A stretch of DNA of 64,000 bases from an uncultured Bacteroidales bacterium (lineage in GTDB: Bacteria; Bacteroidota; Bacteroidia; Bacteroidales; UBA7960). Below the pieces are notes generated by a model, which did no database searches, had not been told where the DNA came from, and saw nothing but the letters and a program-made list of their open reading frames with translations. Below, piece after piece: positions 38,293 through 48,662 of this stretch. Where the stretch lies: positions 5,166 through 69,165 of the forward strand of contig CAYGFY010000015.1 of the NCBI GenBank assembly GCA_964349365.1. The letters are read 5' to 3'. The translations under genes were made by a program, and so were the position numbers. The stretch's first letter is position 1; each line of letters opens with the position of its first letter.

Positions 38293-39831
38293 ATGGAAGG
38301 AATAATACCCAGTTCAACCCTGGTATACATGTTGAACCATTTTTGGTTAACGTTCTTGGTCGTTATTGGGATGGTGTTGGTTTCAAGATCGGTGGTGGCC
38401 GAAACAAGGTACTCTCCCATATTGATTATAGTCGTTTTTGGTCTCATAATGGGATTTATTCTGGTTAACACCAATTTGGCATCGCCCGGATTGCCTGAGT
38501 TTCCGATGGTTGACCTAACCAGCAAGGTTACCATTACCGCCCTCATTGCTTCGTTTTTTGTTGGCGGACAAGAAATTCGCAAGTTAATTGGTGGAAAGGA
38601 AATTGATCCTGGAGATATAATCATCCTTTCGAAGAAAGAATTGTTTCTTGGCACAAACGCCTCGCAGTTTATGTTCATTATCCGAGCCTTTTTCATTTTA
38701 GCAGGTATAGAGTCAATTAGGCGCTCGGCATTGGGAATTACTACAGGAACAGAGCTTGATGGATTGTATCCGTTGTTCGGATACATCGGTTTGATTGCTT
38801 CCGTGATTCTTATAGATCCCTCCGCCCAGATTGTCAACAAGTCAATTTACGTACGTAAGGGGCTTGCAGAAACAATCACTATCTTGTTAATATTGTTTGG
38901 AGCCTATTATTTGGCTCAGCTAATAAGGCCAACCATTGCCCTTCCTGAAATTTTCTTTGCCATGATATTATCGGTTTCAATAGGTATGTTGATTCCCAGC
39001 TGGAAGCTTGGACCAACTATTAGGGCGTTGCTTTTTGCCGGAATTCCTGTTGTGCTGGCTGCCAATTTCATGATAGGTGGGTCACGCATTGCCGAGGCTT
39101 TCCAACTCGAGGGAATGAGATCTGTTCTCTCTTTCGGTTTTTTCGGACAGTTGATGTGGATGTTCGTTGGCTTGGCCATTTTGATTTTCTTGGCCAAGTC
39201 AAATCACATTCGCAATTTGGCACCGGGTATGGCTGGAGCCTTGTCGCACTCGGGTTTAACTGGCGCATGCACTGCCGGCGACTTTGGCGAAAAGGCAGCG
39301 GTTCGAGCTCCAATTATGATTAACATACCGTTTATTGGACATATTTTTGTGTTTTCGATTTTGGCAGCAAGCGTTACTGCAGGCAAGCTGATACCATCTT
39401 TTTCGTTAATGGTATTTACGGCCGGTATTATTTTCACGTACCTTGCTGTCAAAACTCTTCGCAAGACCAATGGTTCCGACAAAGCCGAGATTCGCGGTTT
39501 AATGTTGTTTTCACTTGGATGGCAGTTGGTTGCAGTTTTTGGCGGACTGCTAATCCTTTCTTTGGGAGGAATGGGTCTTGCCGATGCAGTTATGGCCAAT
39601 TCTAGTGCAATATCACACTTCGGGCTTTTTGCTGCCCTGCAAGAAGGTATGTTTGGTCCCGAAGCTGCTGCAATAATTGCCTTTGTTTTTGCAATGCCAT
39701 TCTTGGTTCATCCTCTAGTTTTTGGCATTTTTGGCAAAACCGCAGAAAACAATGGAGTTATGCCAAGCAAGATCGTTTTGTTACTAGCCGCCTTAGGCGT
39801 GATTGGGGTACTGTCGGCACTGGCTTTTTAA
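38293..39831 (+). CDS. Uncharacterised polytopic membrane protein (putative transporter)
   Basis: About 12-14 hydrophobic segments. The ORF-track start at 38221 is TTG, so ATG 38293 is preferred. I recognise no family. Confidence 0.5.
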   Translation: MEGIIPSSTLVYMLNHFWLTFLVVIGMVLVSRSVVAETRYSPILIIVVFGLIMGFILVNTNLASPGLPEFPMVDLTSKVTITALIASFFVGGQEIRKLIGGKEIDPGDIIILSKKELFLGTNASQFMFIIRAFFILAGIESIRRSALGITTGTELDGLYPLFGYIGLIASVILIDPSAQIVNKSIYVRKGLAETITILLILFGAYYLAQLIRPTIALPEIFFAMILSVSIGMLIPSWKLGPTIRALLFAGIPVVLAANFMIGGSRIAEAFQLEGMRSVLSFGFFGQLMWMFVGLAILIFLAKSNHIRNLAPGMAGALSHSGLTGACTAGDFGEKAAVRAPIMINIPFIGHIFVFSILAASVTAGKLIPSFSLMVFTAGIIFTYLAVKTLRKTNGSDKAEIRGLMLFSLGWQLVAVFGGLLILSLGGMGLADAVMANSSAISHFGLFAALQEGMFGPEAAAIIAFVFAMPFLVHPLVFGIFGKTAENNGVMPSKIVLLLAALGVIGVLSALAF

Positions 39832-39898
39832 TGAAGAACGGTGTTTCTCCTAAAGCCTAACCCAAACTTAAAATACTTGCTGAGAGTTAATATCCTGA

Positions 39899-41962
<2,064 letters not shown>

Positions 41963-41966
41963 ATTA

Positions 41967-42002
41967 AAGCCTGACAGGTGGTTTCCAAAATCCGTCAGGC
42001 TT
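41967..42002. terminator. Bidirectional terminator hairpin between convergent ligA and yfcC
   Basis: AAGCCTGACAGG...CCGTCAGGCTT forms 11 bp with one bulge. Confidence 0.7.
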
Positions 42003-42014
42003 GATGTCATTTCC

Positions 42015-43634
42015 CTAAAACCCCGGCAAATCCATCGTAACAGTAGGAATTAACAGCAAGGCTCCAAGAAAGGTTAAAAGAAGCACGAGAGGTAAAACCC
42101 ACCTTACCCATTTGTCGTATGGAATGCGTGCAACACCCAGTACCGCTATCAAAACCCCAGAAGTTGGGGTTATTAGGTTGGTGAATCCATCGCCAAATTG
42201 AAATGCCATAACAGTAGCTTGCCTCGAAATATCGATAAGGTCGCTAAAGGGAGCCATTATGGGCATCGTAATTGCCGCCTTGGCCGAACCACTTGGAATT
42301 ACAATGTTTATGATGGTTTGGATGAGGTACATTATTTGTACTGAGGCAATTTTTCCAAACTGACCCAAAGATTTTGAGAGGCTGTAAAGGATGCTGTCAA
42401 TAATGCCACCATTTTCAAGAATTACAACAATACCTGCTGCCAAACCAACCACCATTGCCGCCGAAACAATGTCTCGAACCCCTTCAACAAACAATTTTGC
42501 AATATCGTTGGCCGACTTGTTTACGGCCATACCGGCAAAAATACCCATTGCCAAAAACAGGGTGGCAATTTCCATAATGTACCAGTCGTATCCCATTACC
42601 CCAACGATCAGGTAAACAATTGTATAGCCCAGCAACAACAATATAAAGTAGTGTACTGATTTTTTGAGGGTAAGGTAGCCAAGAACCACGAATAATACAG
42701 TGAGTATTGGCATCAGCACGAAAGTACTTGACTTTTCTCCTATTTTTACAGTGGTTTCGGGATACAAGAAGGCAAATATACCCAAGACCAGGGTAACAAT
42801 TCCGAACGTTATCCATGCCATTTTTGGGGTGTAGTATTCAAAAGATTCGGCCTCTCCCTTGTCTCTTTCTCGCCAATATTCATCTTCACGATAAACCGAC
42901 GATTTCTGGGGGTTTTTTTTTATTTTGGCAACGTATCTCAACACGAATGAAATACCCAAAATGGTTATTAATATCCAACAAAAAGTCCTAAATTCGATTC
43001 CGGTAAACAATGGTATATCGGCAAGGCCTTGGGCAATACCCACGGTGAAGGGATTTAGCATGGCTCCTGCAAAACCAATAGCTGAACCGACGAAAACCAT
43101 TGCAACGCCCGTAATACTGTCGTATCCCATTGAAATGGCCAGCGGAACCAGTATTATGGTAAAGGCAATGGTCTCTTCGGCCATACCAAACACTGCTCCA
43201 AATAAGCTAAACAAGAGCATAACCAAGGCAATGATTAGGTTGTCAACCCCTACTTTCTTCATGAATTGGTTTTGTTCTAGCTTTCTCATGGATTGTAAAA
43301 ATGCCAGAATACCCACATCAATTGCCTTGGTGGTGTTCATTATCCAAAAAGCGCCACCTATTATAAGTATGAAAACGATTATTCCCGATTGTTTCTTGAA
43401 ACCATTGTAAATGGCCGACATTATCTGCCAGGTTTGAGGTTCGCTCTTGAATTGTGCCCGATGTGGTTCTGGAAGGTCGTCTTTGTAATAAAACTTCAGA
43501 ACTTCATTTTCGGTGCCATCAACCTTAATGGTTTCTTTTATAAACTTGCCAGGTTCGAAAACCCAGGTCATTGCAGCGGCAATAATAATTATGACGAAAA
43601 TTATCACGTATGTGTGGGGTACTTTCTTAAGCAT
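42015..43634 (-). CDS. yfcC: YfcC/DcuC-type anion (C4-dicarboxylate/peptide) permease family protein
   Basis: 539 aa and polytopic. The MLKKVPHTYVIIF N-terminus is typical of YfcC-family proteins as I recall them. Confidence 0.65.
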   Translation of the reverse strand: MLKKVPHTYVIIFVIIIIAAAMTWVFEPGKFIKETIKVDGTENEVLKFYYKDDLPEPHRAQFKSEPQTWQIMSAIYNGFKKQSGIIVFILIIGGAFWIMNTTKAIDVGILAFLQSMRKLEQNQFMKKVGVDNLIIALVMLLFSLFGAVFGMAEETIAFTIILVPLAISMGYDSITGVAMVFVGSAIGFAGAMLNPFTVGIAQGLADIPLFTGIEFRTFCWILITILGISFVLRYVAKIKKNPQKSSVYREDEYWRERDKGEAESFEYYTPKMAWITFGIVTLVLGIFAFLYPETTVKIGEKSSTFVLMPILTVLFVVLGYLTLKKSVHYFILLLLGYTIVYLIVGVMGYDWYIMEIATLFLAMGIFAGMAVNKSANDIAKLFVEGVRDIVSAAMVVGLAAGIVVILENGGIIDSILYSLSKSLGQFGKIASVQIMYLIQTIINIVIPSGSAKAAITMPIMAPFSDLIDISRQATVMAFQFGDGFTNLITPTSGVLIAVLGVARIPYDKWVRWVLPLVLLLTFLGALLLIPTVTMDLPGF

Positions 43635-43655
43635 TTTAAATTGGTTTTTTGGATG

Positions 43656-44525
43656 CTATTTAACAATTTCAAAAATATCTCCCGGAAGAAAAACGTCAAG
43701 TGTAAGGTCGTACCCCCCAATTTTCTCGTTCAAGTCCTTTCTTGACTTTTTGGGGTTGCGGAAAACAATTACCTGAGAAACCCCCACAACTTCTGCAGTG
43801 TTCCCTTTTACCAAAATAGCCGTGGATTCGTCAATACCTATGCCCGGCAGTTCTGGATATTCCAATACTGCAGTAATTAGGCGGTTATGGCGGCTACGCC
43901 AAACAAAATGCTGGTCAATAATGGCCGTGCTTATCAATCCAAGTCCATCGGCAAGGTCAATATTCTCGTTTTCTATTACTCTGTAGGTTGGGGTGTATTC
44001 TTCGTGCCTTCCTTGGTCGCCGGTGATCATTTTTTGGCTCATCATTGCAGCACCTGCACTTGTCCCGGCAATCATTGCTCCGTTTTGGTAAGCGTCTTTA
44101 ATTGCCTGGTGGATTGGTGTGTTGCGAACAATCTCCATGAACCTCGACTGGTCGCCACCGCTTATGAAGATCAATGATGCCATGCTTAAAGAGTCAATCT
44201 TTATTGGGCAAACTGGTTTACCACTACTGAAGTTAAATCCTGATATCGCGGTTATTCCCTGGTTTAAAAATTGTTCTGATGACCAAAAAATTGCCGAATC
44301 TGGCACTTCGCTTGCCATTGGCAGTATTACAATGTAGCCACCGTCTTTAAGACCTGATTCTTCAATCATCCTTTCGGCAAGAATGTCGGGTCTGGGGCCA
44401 CCACCGATTATGAACAAAGAGCCGAGAGGCTCGCTTTCAATCACTTTTAGCTTTTCTGGCTTGCAGGAGGCGGCAACCAAGATAACCGCAATCATACCAA
44501 GCGAAAGTTTAATAAATTTTGGCAT
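43656..44525 (-). CDS. cphE: Cyanophycinase (peptidase S51), predicted lipoprotein
   Basis: Lipobox VAASC, and motifs IIGGG, ISGGDQ, the nucleophile elbow AGTSAGAAMM, IDQHFVWRSRHNRL and GIDESTA. Confidence 0.8.
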   Translation of the reverse strand: MPKFIKLSLGMIAVILVAASCKPEKLKVIESEPLGSLFIIGGGPRPDILAERMIEESGLKDGGYIVILPMASEVPDSAIFWSSEQFLNQGITAISGFNFSSGKPVCPIKIDSLSMASLIFISGGDQSRFMEIVRNTPIHQAIKDAYQNGAMIAGTSAGAAMMSQKMITGDQGRHEEYTPTYRVIENENIDLADGLGLISTAIIDQHFVWRSRHNRLITAVLEYPELPGIGIDESTAILVKGNTAEVVGVSQVIVFRNPKKSRKDLNEKIGGYDLTLDVFLPGDIFEIVK

Positions 44526-44578
44526 TTTGATTAGTATTTTATCGGAGGCGCAATATTAGCCAAAATATCCGAAATAAG

Positions 44579-44608
44579 AAAAGGCTGCAGAAAAAACTGC
44601 ACCCTTTT
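44579..44608 (-). terminator. Terminator hairpin downstream of tRNA-Met
   Basis: On the minus strand, AAAAGGGTGCAG-TTTTTT-CTGCAGCCTTTT forms 11 bp with one mismatch, flanked by A and T runs. Confidence 0.65.
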
Positions 44609-44612
44609 CTTG

Positions 44613-44686
44613 TAGCGGGAACGAGAGTTGAACTCGTGACCTTCGGGTTATGAATCCGACGCTCTAACCACCTGAGCTACCCCGCC
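44613..44686 (-). tRNA. tRNA-Met (anticodon CAT; elongator-like; Ile2-lysidine identity not excluded)
   Basis: The reverse complement is GGCGGGGTAGCTCAGGTGGTTAGAGCGTCGGATTCATAACCCGAAGGTCACGAGTTCAACTCTCGTTCCCGCTA. It folds as a cloverleaf with anticodon loop TTCATAA. Confidence 0.85.
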
Positions 44687-44698
44687 GATTTGAGGGTG

Positions 44699-44706
44699 CA
44701 AAAATA
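44699..44706 (-). promoter_or_regulatory. -7 promoter box TATTTTTG for tRNA-Met
   Basis: The plus strand reads CAAAAATA. On the minus strand there are 12 nt between the box and the first tRNA base, almost the same geometry as at tRNA-Pro. Confidence 0.5.
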
Positions 44707-44721
44707 ACAAACAAATTAATA

Positions 44722-44962
44722 CAAAGTGAAAAGTTGAAAGTCGAAAGTCGAAAGTAATTGGCATTAGTGATTGGTGATTGGGAATTCAACTACGAATTAC
44801 GAATAAAAATTTGCGAAAATCTGCGTTTAAATAAATCTGCGAAAATCTGCCAGAAAATCTCAAATCGAGTATCGTTAATCGTTAATCATCAATCTTAATC
44901 CTCTCATCCCCAAATCAGCCAATCATCACATCATCACATCATCACATCATCACATCATCACA
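44722..44962. repeat. Mosaic of short tandem repeats (7-8 nt units)
   Basis: Units present: GAAAGT(C/T) x4 (44728-44755), GTGATTG x2 (44767-44780), ACGAAT(T/A) x2 (44792-44805), GAAAATCT(G/C) x3 (44814-44861), CGTTAAT x2 plus CATCAAT/CTTAATC (44873-44900), and ATCATCAC x5 (44922-44961). Confidence 0.9.
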
Positions 44963-44968
44963 TTAGCC

Positions 44969-46492
44969 TTAATCAACATTATCGTGCAAGAAGGAGTTGT
45001 TAGACTTTATTTGTGTTTTATTTTCCGAGTCATCTGAGAGAGAATACCTTGAAACGTGCGATTCGGAGCTTGCTGGTACTGGTGAAAGATTTACGTTGCG
45101 TCTGAGATATGCCGGTTGGTTTTCGAGAGATTGGAGCCCATCGTGGGTCTTTACTTTCATGCTTAACTCCCTCAGCCTATTTTCACGTTCCTTGATCTTG
45201 TTGTTCAAGTCATCCTCTGTTATTAAATTTTCTTTGGTCAAAACTTGCCGGGGTGTTAGGTCAGGTGCTTTTTTGCTTGGTTCTGAGCTAAAACGCGAAC
45301 CAGGTATATGTGAGTTTTTTAGGTCGAACTCGAAAATGGTGCTTGTTTCTTCCCTAACCGGATTTTTGTTTTCAGTTTTTGAGGCTTGGGTGGGTCTTTC
45401 AATAACCCTGAATTCGAATTCATCATTTGTTGGAATTACTGTTTCGATGGTTCGTGGCTTTTGTGGTTCGCCTATAGTACCAACCCTTTTTATTTCTTTG
45501 TGTTTTTCACCAATGCTTTTTCCCATTGGAAAACCTGTTGCAACCAAGGTGACATTTATCTTTCTTCCCAGAGATGCATCTTTTCCGAGCCCCCAAATTA
45601 CTTCAGCCGTTCCGCCCGATTCTTCGATCAAGAGGTCGGTGATTTCGGTAATTTCATCCATTAATATTTCTTCCGAACCACTTGTAATGTTTAGCAATAT
45701 GTTTTCGGCCCCCCTAATGTTGTTATCGTTGAGAAGCGGGCTCGACAAGGCCTCCGATACCGCGTTGTTGGCCCTGTTTTCACCCTCGGCAGTTCCACTT
45801 CCCATTATTGCTACACCGCTGTTTGACATAACTGTTCTTACGTCAGCGAAGTCCACGTTTATATTACCAGGAATTGTTATAATCTCTGCAATTCCTTTGG
45901 CAGCTGTTGTTAGCACGTCGTCGGCCTTGCCGAAGGCCTCAGTAACTCCAAGGTTTCCGTAAAGTTCGCGAAGTCTGTCGTTGCTAATTATTAGCAACGT
46001 GTCAACGTGTTCTTGCATTTGCTTAATGCCATCCTCTGCCTGTTGCTTCCGCTTGCGTCCCTCGAAGTTGAATGGGATTGTAACTATCCCCACGGTAAGT
46101 ATTCCCAATTCTTTCGATATGCTTGCGATTACCGGGGCAGCGCCAGTTCCCGTTCCTCCACCCATTCCGGCGGTAATGAAAAGCATTTTCGTGCTTGGCT
46201 GCAGCAATTCTCGAATCCTATCAATATCCTCAAGAGCCGACTTCCTGCCAATTTCTGGAAGGTTGCCTGCCCCCCTTCCCTCGGTAAGATTTACCCCTAA
46301 TTGAACCTTGTTGGGTACCGGGCTAAGATCTAACGCCTGGCTGTCTGTATTGCAAACCACAAAGTCAACACCTTCAATTCCTTGCTTGTACATGTGGTTA
46401 ACGGCATTGCTGCCACCACCTCCAACGCCGAGAACTTTTATGATTGAAGACTTGTTTTTGGGTATATCGAAATCTAACATATCTGCTTTCAT
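44969..46492 (-). CDS. ftsZ: Cell division protein FtsZ
   Basis: Tubulin signature GGGTGTGAAPV. It has a long disordered linker and a C-terminal SFLHDNVD peptide. 507 aa. Confidence 0.95.
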   Translation of the reverse strand: MKADMLDFDIPKNKSSIIKVLGVGGGGSNAVNHMYKQGIEGVDFVVCNTDSQALDLSPVPNKVQLGVNLTEGRGAGNLPEIGRKSALEDIDRIRELLQPSTKMLFITAGMGGGTGTGAAPVIASISKELGILTVGIVTIPFNFEGRKRKQQAEDGIKQMQEHVDTLLIISNDRLRELYGNLGVTEAFGKADDVLTTAAKGIAEIITIPGNINVDFADVRTVMSNSGVAIMGSGTAEGENRANNAVSEALSSPLLNDNNIRGAENILLNITSGSEEILMDEITEITDLLIEESGGTAEVIWGLGKDASLGRKINVTLVATGFPMGKSIGEKHKEIKRVGTIGEPQKPRTIETVIPTNDEFEFRVIERPTQASKTENKNPVREETSTIFEFDLKNSHIPGSRFSSEPSKKAPDLTPRQVLTKENLITEDDLNNKIKERENRLRELSMKVKTHDGLQSLENQPAYLRRNVNLSPVPASSESHVSRYSLSDDSENKTQIKSNNSFLHDNVD

Positions 46493-46591
46493 TTTTTCAA
46501 GATTTAAAATTAGTCCTATTTTTGCTTGTTACTACTCATTTTTTCGAGTTTTTATTAACAGTTTTGCAACGTAATTGTTAATAAAATTTTT

Positions 46592-47863
46592 TTATTCTGG
46601 TTGATCCTTGTCAAAAAAATTCTCAATGCCCTGATTAAAGAGCCTTTTAAATATGTTTTCTTTAGGGGCTGTTTTTTTCTTTGCTGTCGTGTTTTTTTTG
46701 TTTAGGTTGGCGGTGTTGTTCAATCCTTGAATTACCAATCCTACTCCTGTTGCATGCATTGGGCTGCCGGTTTCGCCCGAAAGTGATTTTGCAAGGTGTT
46801 CGTTTGGATACCCGATACGTGTATCCATTCCGGTGAGGAAGGCAGTAAGTTGGGCCACGTGTTTCAGTTGGCTGCCCCCCCCGGTAAGTACAATTCCGGC
46901 AATCAACTTTTTTTCCAACCCCGAGTTTTTTAATTCGTAATGAACGTTTTCGATTATTTCTTCCATTCTTGCCTGAATAATGCTTGCAAGATTTTTAAGG
47001 GAAATTTCTTTTGTGCCTCTTCCCTTTAGTCCTGGAATTGAAACAACTTCTTCGTCGCGGTTTTCGCTTGCGAGTGCCGACCCGAAGCGTTTCTTTAGTT
47101 CTTCGGCTTGCGACTTTATTATTGAACACCCTTCTTTCACGTCGTCGGTTATTACGTTTCCGCCCAAGGGAATAACCGCCGTGTGCCTTATTATGTCATC
47201 CTTGAAAATTGCAATGTCTGTTGTTCCTCCGCCGATGTCAACCAATGCTACTCCGGCTTCCTTTTCCTCGCTGCTCAAAACCGCCTCTGCCGATGCTAAA
47301 GGCTCCAGGATAATTGATGAAATGGTGAGGCCTGCTTTGGATACGCACTTTTCGATGTTTTTTGCGGCGGCAACTTGCCCGGTAATAATGTGAAAGTTGG
47401 CCTCGAGCGTGATACCTGACATACCAACGGGGTGTCGGGTTCGCTGGTGGTTATCTATCAGGTACTCTTGCGGAATTACATGTATTATTTCTTCGCCAGG
47501 TGGCAGTACCAACTTGTGCATGTTTGCCGTGAGGGTCGATACGTCATCCTCGCTTATTTCATCATCGTTGTTATTGCGGGTGTAGCTGCCCTTATGTTGC
47601 AAGCTGCGAATGTGCTGACCGGCAATACCTACATTAACAATGTTGATGTCAACACCGGCAGTTTCGCTTGCTTGGTGCACGGCCTTTTTGATTGACTCAA
47701 CGGTGTGCTGGATGTTTTCCACCACGCCCCTGTTTACGCCAAGGGACTCGGATCGGCCTAACCCGAGAATTTCAACCTTTCCGTATTCATTTTTGCGGCC
47801 CACAATGCAGGCAATTTTTGTCGAACCAATGTCGAGGCCCACGATGTAATCTGAATTTGTCAT
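46592..47863 (-). CDS. ftsA: Cell division protein FtsA
   Basis: Actin-like ATPase motifs GLDIGSTKI and VDIGGGTTD. It lies between ftsQ and ftsZ. Confidence 0.9.
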   Translation of the reverse strand: MTNSDYIVGLDIGSTKIACIVGRKNEYGKVEILGLGRSESLGVNRGVVENIQHTVESIKKAVHQASETAGVDINIVNVGIAGQHIRSLQHKGSYTRNNNDDEISEDDVSTLTANMHKLVLPPGEEIIHVIPQEYLIDNHQRTRHPVGMSGITLEANFHIITGQVAAAKNIEKCVSKAGLTISSIILEPLASAEAVLSSEEKEAGVALVDIGGGTTDIAIFKDDIIRHTAVIPLGGNVITDDVKEGCSIIKSQAEELKKRFGSALASENRDEEVVSIPGLKGRGTKEISLKNLASIIQARMEEIIENVHYELKNSGLEKKLIAGIVLTGGGSQLKHVAQLTAFLTGMDTRIGYPNEHLAKSLSGETGSPMHATGVGLVIQGLNNTANLNKKNTTAKKKTAPKENIFKRLFNQGIENFFDKDQPE

Positions 47864-47870
47864 GGCATGG

Positions 47871-48662
47871 TTATTTTGAACATACTATTTGGTTTTTAAA
47901 TTGAAGGTTTATCTTGCCGTACTTGTCCCAACCTACTGTTGAAATGGCATTAAGGTAAAAGGTTTTCAACTTTTGAAATTTCTGCTCCATCCTGTCTATA
48001 GAACCGAATTCAACCACGTGGGCTCCATTTTTGGGTGTGAGTTCGAACCTGTTACCTGGTTTTACGTGTATGTAGTCAATAAATGCATTCCAAAATTTGT
48101 TTTGAGAAATGAAGTTTACCAGCTTGAATAGGTCGGCAAGCAATTTCTCGTTTGAGGTTGCATCTTTGGAGTTATTAACCTCGGTAAGGTCTAAATTGGT
48201 AGAGTAGCCAGAAAAAATATTTCCCCCGGCAATTACAACCCTTGCCGTGTAATTGTTGCTCAGGGGCATTGCCCTACCATCAACATCAATGTAATATCCG
48301 TGGTTGTGTGCAGTTACCACCCTGAAAAGTGGCACGCGTTGAGTTACCTCAACGTTCACATTTCCATCAATGGTTCTGTAAACACTTGATCTTTTAACCC
48401 AAGGGTTTTGGTTTACTACTTCTCTTATTTGCTTCAAAATTGAACCTCTTACAGGGTGGCCTTCAATGGAAGAAATTCTTTCCACGATTTCATTTTTTAG
48501 CCCTTCTGCATCAACAAATTGGTTTTCGTTTGAGTTTTGCACCGACACCATTAGTTGCAAGCACGGTTGTTTTTTGTTGCTGCTCACTGCAAATCCCAAT
48601 GCTGCCAATAACAATACAGGAACCAAGACAATAGGGGCAATATGTAAGGTCTTTCGAATCAT
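47871..48662 (-). CDS. ftsQ: Cell division protein FtsQ
   Basis: Single N-terminal TM helix plus POTRA-like region. The call rests mainly on its position between murC and ftsA. Confidence 0.7.
   Translation of the reverse strand: MIRKTLHIAPIVLVPVLLLAALGFAVSSNKKQPCLQLMVSVQNSNENQFVDAEGLKNEIVERISSIEGHPVRGSILKQIREVVNQNPWVKRSSVYRTIDGNVNVEVTQRVPLFRVVTAHNHGYYIDVDGRAMPLSNNYTARVVIAGGNIFSGYSTNLDLTEVNNSKDATSNEKLLADLFKLVNFISQNKFWNAFIDYIHVKPGNRFELTPKNGAHVVEFGSIDRMEQKFQKLKTFYLNAISTVGWDKYGKINLQFKNQIVCSK

Noticed and set aside
44922-44961. Possible CRISPR-like array, (ATCATCAC)x5
   Set aside because: The units are 8 nt and directly abutting, with no spacers. There are no cas genes in the window. It is a microsatellite, not a CRISPR array.
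44997-45962. A 321-aa ORF on the plus strand, antisense to ftsZ
   Set aside because: It lies entirely inside a confidently identified ftsZ. Its translation is low-complexity (S/L/F-rich) with no motif. Long antisense frames are common opposite highly expressed genes with RNY codon bias. I treat it as a shadow ORF.
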